Assembly (NCBI GenBank): GCA_964354495.1
Contig: CAYHAA010000007.1
Coordinates: 107,859 to 138,555, forward strand
DNA from: an uncultured archaeon
GTDB taxonomy: Archaea; Asgardarchaeota; Thorarchaeia; Thorarchaeales; Thorarchaeaceae
Direction of reading: 5' to 3'
DNA: 30,697 nt
The notes under the pieces were generated by a model, which saw only the letters and a program-made list of their open reading frames with translations, was not told where the DNA came from and ran no database searches. A program made the position numbers and the translations under genes. Shown in pieces: positions 15,523 through 25,685 of the stretch (position 1 is the first letter of the stretch; every line of letters starts with the position of its first letter).

Positions 15523-16386
15523 ATGCCCGAGACACTGGAGTCTATCATGGCCGAACTCCGCAGCCGGATCAATACTGAGGATACTACAACAAAGGTGTAC
15601 CGGAGAGAGGTTGAGGCACAGAAGGCAAAGACTGTGATTGTGATGCCTGCTGGCGGAACCGGGACACGAATTCGTAGCGAGACCCACAGCGAGGGTATCC
15701 ACAAGGTCATGATCCCCATTGCTGGGAAACAGAGCATGATCGAGAAGACAGTACAGGACTATGCAGACTGCGGCTTCGACAAGTTCGTGGCCCTCACGGG
15801 ATTCCTCGCCGAGAAGGTGGAGGCGCATCTCGGTGATGGTTCGCGTTGGGGAGTTGAGATTCGGTATTCCCGTGACCCTGATGGAAGGAAGGTCGGGAAT
15901 GGTGGGGCAATTCTGAATGCGCTGAACAATGGCATCATCGATGGCCGGTTGACTGCCATCGTGCACAACCCTGATGACCTGATCATTGGCATGAAGCGAC
16001 CCTATGGTGAAGTCTTTCTCGAGGGGTACGTCAAGGGGCGAAAGAATCGCTGCATTGGCACATTAGTGGTTGTTCCAGAGTCTCCGTTCCAGTACTCCGG
16101 GATGGTCATTGAACGGGGGAAGGTGCGGGATATCACGAAGTACCCACCCATTTCAGTCCCTGCGCACACTGGCATCACCGTGTTTGGTCCTGCGGTCTAC
16201 GAGTACTTCAGGAGGCTAGTCTCTCTGGAGGTCGAGTTGTCGTTCGAGAATGTTGTGTGTCCGGTGCTCGCAAGGGAGGGTCGGCTGTTTGCCATCAATA
16301 TTCCCTCCAAGACTTGGGTGCCCGTCAATGATCTGAAGGGGCTTGAACATGTCACTGAAGCACTCAAGGCTCTTGAGAACAGGTGA
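15523..16386 (+). CDS. Sugar-phosphate nucleotidyltransferase (NTP_transferase family)
   Basis: VMPAGGTGTRIR, K.MIPIAGK, HLGDGSRWGVEIRY; substrate not assignable. Confidence 0.9.
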   Translation: MPETLESIMAELRSRINTEDTTTKVYRREVEAQKAKTVIVMPAGGTGTRIRSETHSEGIHKVMIPIAGKQSMIEKTVQDYADCGFDKFVALTGFLAEKVEAHLGDGSRWGVEIRYSRDPDGRKVGNGGAILNALNNGIIDGRLTAIVHNPDDLIIGMKRPYGEVFLEGYVKGRKNRCIGTLVVVPESPFQYSGMVIERGKVRDITKYPPISVPAHTGITVFGPAVYEYFRRLVSLEVELSFENVVCPVLAREGRLFAINIPSKTWVPVNDLKGLEHVTEALKALENR

Positions 16387-16392
16387 AACCAC

Positions 16393-16614
16393 TTGCGTGT
16401 ACGGCCGGACTTGCTCCGAGGATTGGCTGTCTTTGGTGTGTTCCTTGTGCTTGTTGTAGTCGTGAGCTATCTCCAACCTTATTCCATTGTGCAGGATGGA
16501 TTCACTGTTTGGCTTAACTTCTCTCCTTTTTGCGCTGGGTGTTCGCCAATTATTCTCTCTGTTTCAACGCTCAAAGTACCAGTAAAATTTGACGTAAATC
16601 ACTCTCAGGTCTGA
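16393..16614 (+). CDS. Short membrane-protein ORF, possibly frameshifted or truncated at the island edge
   Basis: AGGTGA SD before TTG; one TM helix; a second hydrophobic helix is encoded in the +1 frame (16499-16585). Confidence 0.4.
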   Translation: MRVRPDLLRGLAVFGVFLVLVVVVSYLQPYSIVQDGFTVWLNFSPFCAGCSPIILSVSTLKVPVKFDVNHSQV

Positions 16615-16684
16615 CGAAGATTTAAGTGCCTAAAGGATGCTATGATTCCGGGGCTGCACAACTACAACTCAAGAAAATACCTGA

Positions 16685-17830
16685 TTGGGGCTGCGTGTCA
16701 TTAGAATATCACATATCTGTCCTTTCGTGGGCGAGCAGATGGGAGGGTCTGAAGGATATGTGTGGACTCTCTCAAGGGCACAGTCCAAAGAACATGATGT
16801 CCATATCTACACCACAACTAGACATCTAGAAAGATCAGGAACGAGTTTCCACGAAGGTGTAACTGTTCACAGGTCTTATGCTCCTATTACTATCTGGAAT
16901 ATCAATCCGTTGACTTACATGCTGCCTGCTTTGACCAATTCGGAAGCTGATGTATTTCATATTCATTCTCATCTCTACTTGACATCCAATCAAGCAGTTC
17001 TTGCCAAGTTGATGAGAAAACGGAAAGCTCTACTCCATCTTCATGGTGGCGTAGGCATACCCCCATACATGATGAGTTGGCCAAAGCTCTCTGCAAAGAG
17101 ATTCTATGACCGCACTCTCGGAAAGTTCACCATCGAAAATTGTGATATTATCGCTTCTGTCTCTCATTCTGATCTCAAGATAGTAGCAGAGGATTATTCT
17201 ATCACTCAAGACAGACTCCGCTATATTCCTAATGTGGTTGACACGGAGAAGTTTAAACCCAGAGCTACTGAAATCCAGGAAGAAAAGACACTGCTTTATC
17301 TTGGTGATCTTGAGCCGTGGAAGGGTATTGGATCACTTCTCAAGTGGGTGCTGAGAAGTAGCTGGAGAAATCGTGAATTCAAATTGCGCTTTGTAGGACA
17401 AGGTAGCTACTTGCGGGCCTTGTTGGCCTTGCAGAAGAAGCTATCTGCATCTGGAAACGGTGTTTCATTGGAAGTCCTAGGGCCAAGAAACCACGATGCC
17501 GTCCCTGCTCTTCTCAATGAATCGAGTGGCCTAATCCTTCCTTCCTATTGGGAAGGAATGCCAACAGTGGTGCTCGAAGCAATGGCATCCGGTGTTCCTG
17601 TGATCTCGACACGGGTTGGTGACGTGCCTCAATTACTTGAGCATGGAAAAACGGGATTTCTTATTGATAGGTCAGTGTCGAGCTTTCGGGAGGCTGTCGA
17701 TTCCGTACTATGTGATACATCACTTGTAAGAAGCATCGTTCGGAACGCACGCAAGCTTATTGAGCGCGAATACACTGTGACCCATGCGCAACGAATTTCG
17801 AATAATGCTTATTGCAGGATTGCCTCTTAG
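16685..17830 (+). CDS. Glycosyltransferase family 4 (GT-B)
   Basis: GGSE N-terminal motif, FHIHS, YIPNVVD, KGI, LPSYWEGMPTVVLEAMASGVPVIST (EX7E). Confidence 0.93.
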   Translation: MGLRVIRISHICPFVGEQMGGSEGYVWTLSRAQSKEHDVHIYTTTRHLERSGTSFHEGVTVHRSYAPITIWNINPLTYMLPALTNSEADVFHIHSHLYLTSNQAVLAKLMRKRKALLHLHGGVGIPPYMMSWPKLSAKRFYDRTLGKFTIENCDIIASVSHSDLKIVAEDYSITQDRLRYIPNVVDTEKFKPRATEIQEEKTLLYLGDLEPWKGIGSLLKWVLRSSWRNREFKLRFVGQGSYLRALLALQKKLSASGNGVSLEVLGPRNHDAVPALLNESSGLILPSYWEGMPTVVLEAMASGVPVISTRVGDVPQLLEHGKTGFLIDRSVSSFREAVDSVLCDTSLVRSIVRNARKLIEREYTVTHAQRISNNAYCRIAS

Positions 17831-17865
17831 TTGATATTGATTTGTTGAGAGCGTGTCGAAATATA

Positions 17866-19014
17866 ATGAGAATTCTGATTGTTTGCGAACACTATCCTAG
17901 ACTTGGTTCTCGGACAGTCCAAGGCTTAGTCCACGCTCTTTCCAAAATGGGGCATCAAGTTATCGTTGTTACCACGAATATTGATCCCAATGGCAGATCA
18001 ATTCTGGACGAAGATGACGGACACGAGAAAGTCATACGCTTCGGTTCGATCAAACTACCCAGAGTTCCCTATCTGTACACACATCGTGCACGGGGTATGA
18101 TTCAATATCTGGTGCAAAAATATCGTCCGGACATTGTTCATTCCCATTTCTTGATGTACTGGCTTCCTTTGATGACTTACTCAATTCCGAATCTGGGTAT
18201 TCCTGTCATTGTTACTCTTCATGGACTCACTTTGCCCTCCGAATTTGGATCTCTGATTACGAAGTTCCTGCTACGCCTTATCTATTTGACATTTGCCCCA
18301 AGACTGTTACGGAATGCAGCACGAGTCATCTGTGTATCTAATGATACCAAGAACAGACTGCAGACTGTGTTTCCATATGCAACTCTCAAGAGTTCTGTAA
18401 TTCCCAATGGCATCGATCCGCTAATTGAAAATGGACGTACCAGACTATCAAGGCAGGAGTGCCGAGATAGCCTTCAACTATCTGATAGGCTAACATTTCT
18501 ATATGTTGGCCGCATTACAGCTGATAAGGGAGTAGCCAATTTAGTCAGAGCATTCAAACGATTAAATGCGAAATATCGGAATCTCTCTTTGCTGATCGTC
18601 GGGGATGGACCTGACTTGGCACACTTAGCTTCTGAGTATAGTGATGATTGCAGTATCCATTTTCTTGGATATAGAAGTGATGTAGGCACATATTATCAGG
18701 CTTCAGACGTGGCCATTATCCCTTCTGCACGAGAGGGTATGTCTACATTTGTACTTGAAGCCATGTTCCACGGACTACCAGTCATATCAACTGAAGTCGG
18801 TGGAATTGAAGATCTTCGACAGAAAGGAGCCGCAATAGATATTATTGGTTCAAGAAGTGCATACGAGATATATTTGGCTATCGAAAGATTTGCTATTATG
18901 GGCTCTGAAGAATTGAAAGCTTTGGGATTGGCGAATCGAAAGGTAATCCTGAATTACTTCAATTGGGAGAAATTGGGATGTCAAACTGTTGGAGTCTATA
19001 GGTCAGTATTATAG
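17866..19014 (+). CDS. Glycosyltransferase family 4 (GT-B)
   Basis: MRILIV start (ATG 17866), PDIVHSH, IPNGID, YVGRITADKG, EGMSTFVLEAM. Confidence 0.93.
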   Translation: MRILIVCEHYPRLGSRTVQGLVHALSKMGHQVIVVTTNIDPNGRSILDEDDGHEKVIRFGSIKLPRVPYLYTHRARGMIQYLVQKYRPDIVHSHFLMYWLPLMTYSIPNLGIPVIVTLHGLTLPSEFGSLITKFLLRLIYLTFAPRLLRNAARVICVSNDTKNRLQTVFPYATLKSSVIPNGIDPLIENGRTRLSRQECRDSLQLSDRLTFLYVGRITADKGVANLVRAFKRLNAKYRNLSLLIVGDGPDLAHLASEYSDDCSIHFLGYRSDVGTYYQASDVAIIPSAREGMSTFVLEAMFHGLPVISTEVGGIEDLRQKGAAIDIIGSRSAYEIYLAIERFAIMGSEELKALGLANRKVILNYFNWEKLGCQTVGVYRSVL

Positions 19015-19098
19015 AAGCCCCTACTAATGGGCATGATTTGATGATTTGCTCTGTCAATACATGCAAACCACTGCCTTTTGATTTTCGATTAGCTGTCT

Positions 19099-21618
19099 TC
19101 ATGCGTTTTCATAGATGATAAAATAGTCAATCTCTATGTTCCAGTTGTTTTCCGGACTAGTGAACGCAAAACCAATGGATTCGAAACCATTTTCATTGTG
19201 ATCATTGAAATCCTCTAATTGTAGCCAAAGTGTCTGCCACTTGTCTGAAAGATATATCCAATCCGAGTAGCTTCTATCTCCTTGAGCCTCATCTTCAGAA
19301 AACGTGACTATCCAACCCGCCAAACCAGAAGTATTGCATCTGATTCTTGTTCTTATGTTCAAACCATTTGATGAATCAAATGATGGCGAATCTGAGTATA
19401 GATAGAACCACTCTGAATCATTTGCAGGATTGTACCAGTGACAGACTCCATCTTCTATGTAGATTTCGTTTCCTATATTCGTCTTCCAAGATGTAGCATT
19501 ATCGAACTGCTCATTGAACAATATTGTGATGTCTTGTTTTTGGAGTATTTTGAGTTCGCCGAATTCACCAACTATTCTATACTCAGGGCCATTGAATTTA
19601 CTTAAAGCGGGATCGTCTTCCTGTATCCACTGAGCATAAGGAGCATAGATACCTGATTTTCCTGTGCGTTCAATGCTAAGCCAGGCTGCAGTCCTCGGTG
19701 ATATAACAATGTATGATACTCCTTTTCTATCCATTTCGATTGCATGATACGCCTCGTTTTCGTTCCATGAACTTGCGTTAAAGAAATCGAAGACACTATT
19801 GTATAACTCTACATAACGTCTTGGCGAAGGAGTCCGATCTTCTTCGATAAATGATGTCGAGCAATTTCTCATCGTATATCCGCGCATAATGAGTCCTGTC
19901 GCAGGATCAGTCAGAATATACCCTCCAACAGGAGTATTCGACTTCAACCATTCGAACGCCTGAAATTCATCTGGGTTGGGTTTATAGTCCTCCCCCAAGT
20001 ATGTGCGATCCATCATAATCGTTGTTGGCACGATGCTTAGCATTAGCAATAAAGAAACAGATATGAGAGTTCTCCCCTCCGGTTCCATGTGCAAATGAGT
20101 AGCGCTTTTTATTAGTCTTAACCGTTTCATCGTTTCCAGAATTGAATTCCCTCCAATGACCATGCAAACGAATATGAGAGGACGAATATACACTTCTACA
20201 CGGAGGGCCACATCGATTGGTGAAAAGTACAGGAAACTATACAAACTAAGAGTCATCAAAACAAAATGATCAATTCGGTAATCGCCAAGGAGCGGCGCTG
20301 CTATTTTGCGCCTATTTGAAACTAGCTTCAGGAAACCAATTGCGAAGAGTACCCCTTGAGGTATTGAATATGCAATAAAGAGAATACGCACCTGACGGTC
20401 AATAGTATATGAAATTGCTAGCTGTGCTATTTCAACATCAATAGAAATCCTTCCCAGTCCAAAGAGTGGGAGAATCCCGTAATAAACCACAAACAGGCCG
20501 ATGCATAGGATAATCCCCATCCAGAACAACCAGTCTACAAAACGTTTAGCAAGTATTGAATGTGTTTGAAAATAAATGCCAATGAAAAGAAAACTCGTCA
20601 ATGTTCCTAGGATGATATACGGATATGTTATGAAAATAACACTATACGATAAAATACATAGATAGGTCACTCGAATGTTGAGCTTGTATGATTTTAGTGC
20701 TGCCAGAATGACCAATGCTACAGTGAACGCATAGAGCGATGGATAGGCATACTGAGGCCCCAATAGTGCCCCGCTTTCGTTAACAAACCCGATGAGCAAA
20801 GCACCGAGTAGCGATAATCTGATTTGCCCAGTTAGTGCTCTCAAGAATAAATACGCTGCAATGAGCAATGATGGACAGGATATTAGAGGACCATATCCTA
20901 TTATCACATATGGCTGCAATCCACATGTAATCGCAAAAGATGCTACTAGTTCATGCCAAACATAGGGATAAGCTCCGATAACTGATGACGTGCCTCCATC
21001 ATTGATGATTATCTCCGCTACAGCTATATGCGTAAAGATGTCCGTTCCATAGACCTCCGGACAAATCAGATACGAGATTCTCCACAGCACAAGGGAAATC
21101 CCAACACTAATCAGAATGAATAGGTAGAATGCATCTTCTCTCAAAGATACTCCCACATTTATCTCCAATTCTGTTATTGCTTCTTCACTTGATTTTTGGA
21201 GAGTTAGGTATGTATCAGCAAGAATAGTGATGATTGTGATAACTAGATATGTGGCTCCGATTAGTCTTATGAGTCCTAATGTAATCAATACTGCTGACGT
21301 TATTGTCGTACTCAGGATAATATCGATAAGCACTCCGGATAACGAATTAAACATAGGATTAGTTTGATTTAATGACTGGAAGAGGGCAGGCTTCAAAGAA
21401 TTGCCCACTACCAAAAAGAGCAATACAAAATAGAAGAATGCTGAGAGTGGTTCAAGATGGAGAATTGGCAGAATTGGAATAACGGCAATGATAAACAAGT
21501 GATGAATTATCTTCTTGTACCGATTGTCCCCCAGTGCACGCCCTTTGATTCCTTTTTCACAGGCTATAGAAGCGCCATTGTTGATTGGTAATCCATTGGC
21601 ACTGAAGGCACAATCCAT
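19099..21618 (-). CDS. Multi-pass GT-C-like membrane protein with a C-terminal beta-sandwich/carbohydrate-binding-like domain
   Basis: More than ten hydrophobic segments; GTDIFTH in the first large loop; AFEWLKSNTP...ILTDP start of the soluble domain; Trp-rich acidic beta-type C-terminus. Family assignment is from motif recall. Confidence 0.65.
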   Translation of the reverse strand: MDCAFSANGLPINNGASIACEKGIKGRALGDNRYKKIIHHLFIIAVIPILPILHLEPLSAFFYFVLLFLVVGNSLKPALFQSLNQTNPMFNSLSGVLIDIILSTTITSAVLITLGLIRLIGATYLVITIITILADTYLTLQKSSEEAITELEINVGVSLREDAFYLFILISVGISLVLWRISYLICPEVYGTDIFTHIAVAEIIINDGGTSSVIGAYPYVWHELVASFAITCGLQPYVIIGYGPLISCPSLLIAAYLFLRALTGQIRLSLLGALLIGFVNESGALLGPQYAYPSLYAFTVALVILAALKSYKLNIRVTYLCILSYSVIFITYPYIILGTLTSFLFIGIYFQTHSILAKRFVDWLFWMGIILCIGLFVVYYGILPLFGLGRISIDVEIAQLAISYTIDRQVRILFIAYSIPQGVLFAIGFLKLVSNRRKIAAPLLGDYRIDHFVLMTLSLYSFLYFSPIDVALRVEVYIRPLIFVCMVIGGNSILETMKRLRLIKSATHLHMEPEGRTLISVSLLLMLSIVPTTIMMDRTYLGEDYKPNPDEFQAFEWLKSNTPVGGYILTDPATGLIMRGYTMRNCSTSFIEEDRTPSPRRYVELYNSVFDFFNASSWNENEAYHAIEMDRKGVSYIVISPRTAAWLSIERTGKSGIYAPYAQWIQEDDPALSKFNGPEYRIVGEFGELKILQKQDITILFNEQFDNATSWKTNIGNEIYIEDGVCHWYNPANDSEWFYLYSDSPSFDSSNGLNIRTRIRCNTSGLAGWIVTFSEDEAQGDRSYSDWIYLSDKWQTLWLQLEDFNDHNENGFESIGFAFTSPENNWNIEIDYFIIYENA

Positions 21619-21641
21619 AGGTTATTCCGATCTCCAGATTC

Positions 21642-22961
21642 TCATTTGATATTACTGATTTCACAATCAATCATTAGGACGTATTTCCAATAGGCACTAA
21701 TCTGTTTTATTGCTGCGTTCTCCCAAGTGAACATTTCCTGAGCTCGCGTGCGTGCAAGCTTTGAGAGTCGATTCCTAACACTTGGCGACTGTGCCATGTA
21801 GTTGATTGCCTTCGCGAGGGCATCTATATCGCCCACAGGTATTGTCAAGCCTGAATCTCCTACCATTTCGTGAACAGATCCAACTTCAGAAACAATGCTA
21901 GGAAGACCAGTAGCCATTGCTTCGAGAAGTGCGTTCGGGAACCCTTCGTGATGTGATACTAGAATGAATACATCTGCAGCCTTGAGAATATCAGATGTAT
22001 TATGTATATATCCCCAAAAATGAATCCTTGTTTCGAGTCCATGCGTTTTGGTGAATTCCTGTATTTCATCTTTAAAAATGCCATCGCCAGCGAGAAGTAG
22101 CTGAACGGATAAATCAGACGAAACCAAAACCTGTTCCAAAGCCACAATTGTATCAATTACGCCTTCGACCTTTTCCCTCAAGTCAAAGTTACCGACCCAG
22201 ACAAGAACAATCTCTGAAGGAGCAATTTTAAGGCCCTTTCTAATAATTTCTCTTCTGTCTTTGGTTCCTGCTGGTCGGAAACGATTCGTGTCGATTCCAT
22301 TACCTACATTTTGTATCCTTGGGTCATCGACTATCTTTTCAATAATAGGCCGATAATCCTCCGAAACAGTCATGATAAGGCTCGATTGCCTGAGAACCAC
22401 TTGCTCTGTAATCATATGTCCAAGATTACCATCGCTGCCGCTCCATGGCAACTTCGGTCCACAAAGTCCGTGTACTGTGTACACAAGTGGAATCCTTAGA
22501 ATTTTGGATATAATTAGACCAGATATACCTGCGATTGATGGACTATGAGCGTGGACAATCTTCACTCTTGCTTTCGAGAATACGAAGATTCCGTAAAGAG
22601 TACTAAGAAGCAGATAGGACATTGAAAACAGCGCTTTGCAGAGTATATTCGCTGCTTCTTTGGGTGCCCTGACCGGAATCAGGTGAATCCAGGGTTCTTG
22701 AGCAGCACAACTTCTTTCCCCATGATTGCATGCAATGATGTGATTCGGAAATCCAAGCTCGTTTTCTGACTTGGAAATACTGTATGCGTGTTTTGCAGGT
22801 CCCCCTTTATCAGGATAAACTCTTGTACTCAACCGTCCAATGGATATACATTTTCCTCGATTACATGGGGACATCTTTCTCACGATTCGTGTCACTGGCA
22901 CCGCTGCATCAGACCTCATCGATATATCAATAGCTCGTCTGTTCCTATGTGCAAACCACAT
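21642..22961 (-). CDS. Glycosyltransferase family 4 (GT-B)
   Basis: GGPA, IVHAHS, VGNGIDTNRF, EGFPNALLEAMATGLP; true start probably downstream of 22961. Confidence 0.93.
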   Translation of the reverse strand: MWFAHRNRRAIDISMRSDAAVPVTRIVRKMSPCNRGKCISIGRLSTRVYPDKGGPAKHAYSISKSENELGFPNHIIACNHGERSCAAQEPWIHLIPVRAPKEAANILCKALFSMSYLLLSTLYGIFVFSKARVKIVHAHSPSIAGISGLIISKILRIPLVYTVHGLCGPKLPWSGSDGNLGHMITEQVVLRQSSLIMTVSEDYRPIIEKIVDDPRIQNVGNGIDTNRFRPAGTKDRREIIRKGLKIAPSEIVLVWVGNFDLREKVEGVIDTIVALEQVLVSSDLSVQLLLAGDGIFKDEIQEFTKTHGLETRIHFWGYIHNTSDILKAADVFILVSHHEGFPNALLEAMATGLPSIVSEVGSVHEMVGDSGLTIPVGDIDALAKAINYMAQSPSVRNRLSKLARTRAQEMFTWENAAIKQISAYWKYVLMIDCEISNIK

Positions 22962-22974
22962 TGAAAATCACGGT

Positions 22975-23799
22975 TCACTCAGAAGAAACCTTTGAAGCTC
23001 TTGCAACAAAACCAATCCTATGTGCACAAAACTCTAGAAGAAATGAATTGTTTATTGGATCATGAAGCAGCTTCAGCATTTGATAAATCACTGATTTGGA
23101 TTCCTTTCGGGATTCTGAAGATGTTTTCGATTTTGGGGATATGCGTTTCTGAAACATCAAGTACAACCTGTCTATGTATGGCAATTCCCCAAGCAGTCCC
23201 CAAATGGCATCCGCTTTAAAGACCCTGATAATCTCAAACCAGTTTGCTCTAAGTATCTTCGAGAGTTCCCTCTCCTCGAAGTAGTATTGATAGAATGGCA
23301 AATCATCACGAATCTTCGTGTAGGATCTAAGGATTCTTCTAAAGCCTGAGTAATATGGTACCAAGAGAAAAAGCAAACCATTTGGCTTTAAGACCCTTCT
23401 CGCCTCTTTGACACCCTGGATGAATTTCCCCTCAAGGTGCTCAAGAACACCGAGCGAGAGGTATACATCAAAAGAGTTGTCGTCAAAGGGCAGATTCAAT
23501 ACATCACCCAACTTCCATTCAATATCCGGATATACCCTGCTCAATCTCTGAATCGTTTCTGACTCGAAGTCAAGTCCAACAACGTCATACTTCTGCTCCT
23601 TCAGGAATATAGCCCATTCGCCAATACCACAACCAGCATCAAGGATTCTATTCTGTCTTGAAAGATGTTTGAGAAGATTTCCTTTCAAGGGATTGTTGCT
23701 GTCAGAAATAGTATTCACTCTCGCATCTAGATCAAGCTCGGACCAAATTGACTGCCAGAAATGTCTTGTAGGCCTATGGCCATACTTTATGTAGGGCAC
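22975..23799 (-). CDS. Class I SAM-dependent methyltransferase
   Basis: Motif I ILDAGCGIG, VVGLDF, GDVLNLPFDDNSFD, RRVLKPNG. Confidence 0.92.
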   Translation of the reverse strand: MPYIKYGHRPTRHFWQSIWSELDLDARVNTISDSNNPLKGNLLKHLSRQNRILDAGCGIGEWAIFLKEQKYDVVGLDFESETIQRLSRVYPDIEWKLGDVLNLPFDDNSFDVYLSLGVLEHLEGKFIQGVKEARRVLKPNGLLFLLVPYYSGFRRILRSYTKIRDDLPFYQYYFEERELSKILRANWFEIIRVFKADAIWGLLGELPYIDRLYLMFQKRISPKSKTSSESRKESKSVIYQMLKLLHDPINNSFLLEFCAHRIGFVARASKVSSE

Positions 23800-23878
23800 T
23801 AAGAGTCACTTGTTTCATTCGAAACAATTCATCCTTATCAATGAATTCCAAGCATCTATGAGATTCTATGACTATGAT

Positions 23879-25441
23879 TCAATCTCGTGGTTTTGCAACT
23901 AAGCGTAAAATCCTAAGGAAGGGACTTGCAGCTTTTGGGAAGTAGTCTTCTATCAAAGCAATATCACTCTGATTTACACACGATAGAAGGCGAAGCGAAG
24001 CTGCATAACATATCATGCCAACCAGAACACGGATTAGCAGAAATTCAATGCCAGGAAGAATCTGGCGCGAAATAATGAGACCAACCATCATTAGAATTGC
24101 TGCAGGGAGTGGTTTCCACTCATCACCACGTTTCAAGTTCATTCTTTCCTTTCGTGTGAAGATGATAATGAGAGTGGCGAATTGTACAGATATCATAGCA
24201 AATCTGGCAAATCCCGCTCCAAGAATGCCGAGATGGGTTAGTAGCATTACGAGAATCACGAAGTTCGAAACTACTGCAATCGAGCTGCTTAGAAGTATCA
24301 TTTTGGTTTTTCCCATTCCAAAAAAGGCGCTTCTAATTATATAATACTGCCCTGCGATTATTGTGCTAATTGAAAGGATGGCGAAGGTCATTGCAGCATT
24401 TGAATAGGCTGGTCCTGCAATGAGGTTCAAGAAAACATCTGACTCAACTGCCAAACCAAGACCTATTGGTGCTAGGACCAACATGACCCACTTTGATGAT
24501 CTTTGAGCTAGATGTAGAAGCAGTTCTCGGTCGGACGAACCTTCGACACTTGAGAATCTTGAAAGTAAGGGCCGAGAGATCGAACTTGCTAGATTTAGAA
24601 CAATCGCGGCTCCCGCAATAACAGGAGTATACAAACCAAGTGCCACTGCACCAAGAAACAGGAAAATCAAGAACTTGTCTCCATTCACTTGGATATAGTC
24701 CAAAATCCCCGTAAGATACAATGGCGCAGAGAACTGCATCAGATTTCTAAGGCTGGGTGGTTTGCCTGTTGCACCAAGGAACGTTCGGCGAACTGCTGAA
24801 AAGAGAATCATACATTGGAGAACATCGCCTATTACCCAGGAAAAAACGATCATAGACAGGCTACCATTCAGTAGGAGTGAAATGATTGATAATCCTGTTT
24901 TCGCAGTCGACCCTGCAGTTCCTGAGAATCCCACCTGTTTGAATTTTTCAGCTCCCATCAAAGAACCTGCTAGTACTTGAATCATCATTACTGGCAATAT
25001 ATCTAGAGTTACTAGTTTCACTGCATCAGCTATGTTTTGACTGCCAAGATGACTGGAACTCAGGCATGTTCCGATAAAGACAAATATAGTAAGCGAAAAG
25101 CCTGAGATGAAGACAAGCTTCGCGGTTTCAAGATATGTAGCTTTTGCATTTGATATTTCGCCCTTTCCTCTATACCTAGCTACGAAGTGAATGGTTGCCT
25201 GCGGGAAGCTGATTAGTCCAAATGTAGCAACTAATCCTGGTATCATTAAGATGAAAGCAATCAAACCAATATCCTCTACAATCAGAACTCTAGCTGCTAC
25301 AATGAAGAAGATCATGAAACCGAATTGCTCCATATGTGTTCCAAGTGTAAGCCAAGTGGCCCCGCGAACAAGTTCGGTACCTGTATTGCTATTCTTCATC
25401 GCACCAAACGTCCAAGCTACTACTCGATCTATCCCAAGCAC
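23879..25441 (-). CDS. Oligosaccharide flippase (Wzx/MOP family)
   Basis: About 12-14 hydrophobic segments; ELVRGATWL, ARVLIVEDIG, DKFLIFLFLG, GILGAGFA; start possibly ATG 25399. Confidence 0.88.
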   Translation of the reverse strand: MLGIDRVVAWTFGAMKNSNTGTELVRGATWLTLGTHMEQFGFMIFFIVAARVLIVEDIGLIAFILMIPGLVATFGLISFPQATIHFVARYRGKGEISNAKATYLETAKLVFISGFSLTIFVFIGTCLSSSHLGSQNIADAVKLVTLDILPVMMIQVLAGSLMGAEKFKQVGFSGTAGSTAKTGLSIISLLLNGSLSMIVFSWVIGDVLQCMILFSAVRRTFLGATGKPPSLRNLMQFSAPLYLTGILDYIQVNGDKFLIFLFLGAVALGLYTPVIAGAAIVLNLASSISRPLLSRFSSVEGSSDRELLLHLAQRSSKWVMLVLAPIGLGLAVESDVFLNLIAGPAYSNAAMTFAILSISTIIAGQYYIIRSAFFGMGKTKMILLSSSIAVVSNFVILVMLLTHLGILGAGFARFAMISVQFATLIIIFTRKERMNLKRGDEWKPLPAAILMMVGLIISRQILPGIEFLLIRVLVGMICYAASLRLLSCVNQSDIALIEDYFPKAASPFLRILRLVAKPRD

Positions 25442-25685
25442 GAACCTCTAAGAATGATAAACGATGGGAGCTTCGTAGACAATTGAGCACTATTCTTCAC
25501 GAAGCCGCTGGGTACACGTAAATCTTCTGGTTCTAATGCAAAGTCTGCCCATTTCAGGAGCTCCGATTCTCATAACCCAATATCTCATAATATCACATTG
25601 CCGGTTTCTCAATGAAACTAAACAGGTTATGAGGCCACCTGTGATGCACAGCAGATTTTTCTTTAGTGAATACATTGTTTTTAGC

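Noticed and set aside
19099-21618. Calling the membrane protein AglB/STT3
   Set aside because: No WWDxG motif.
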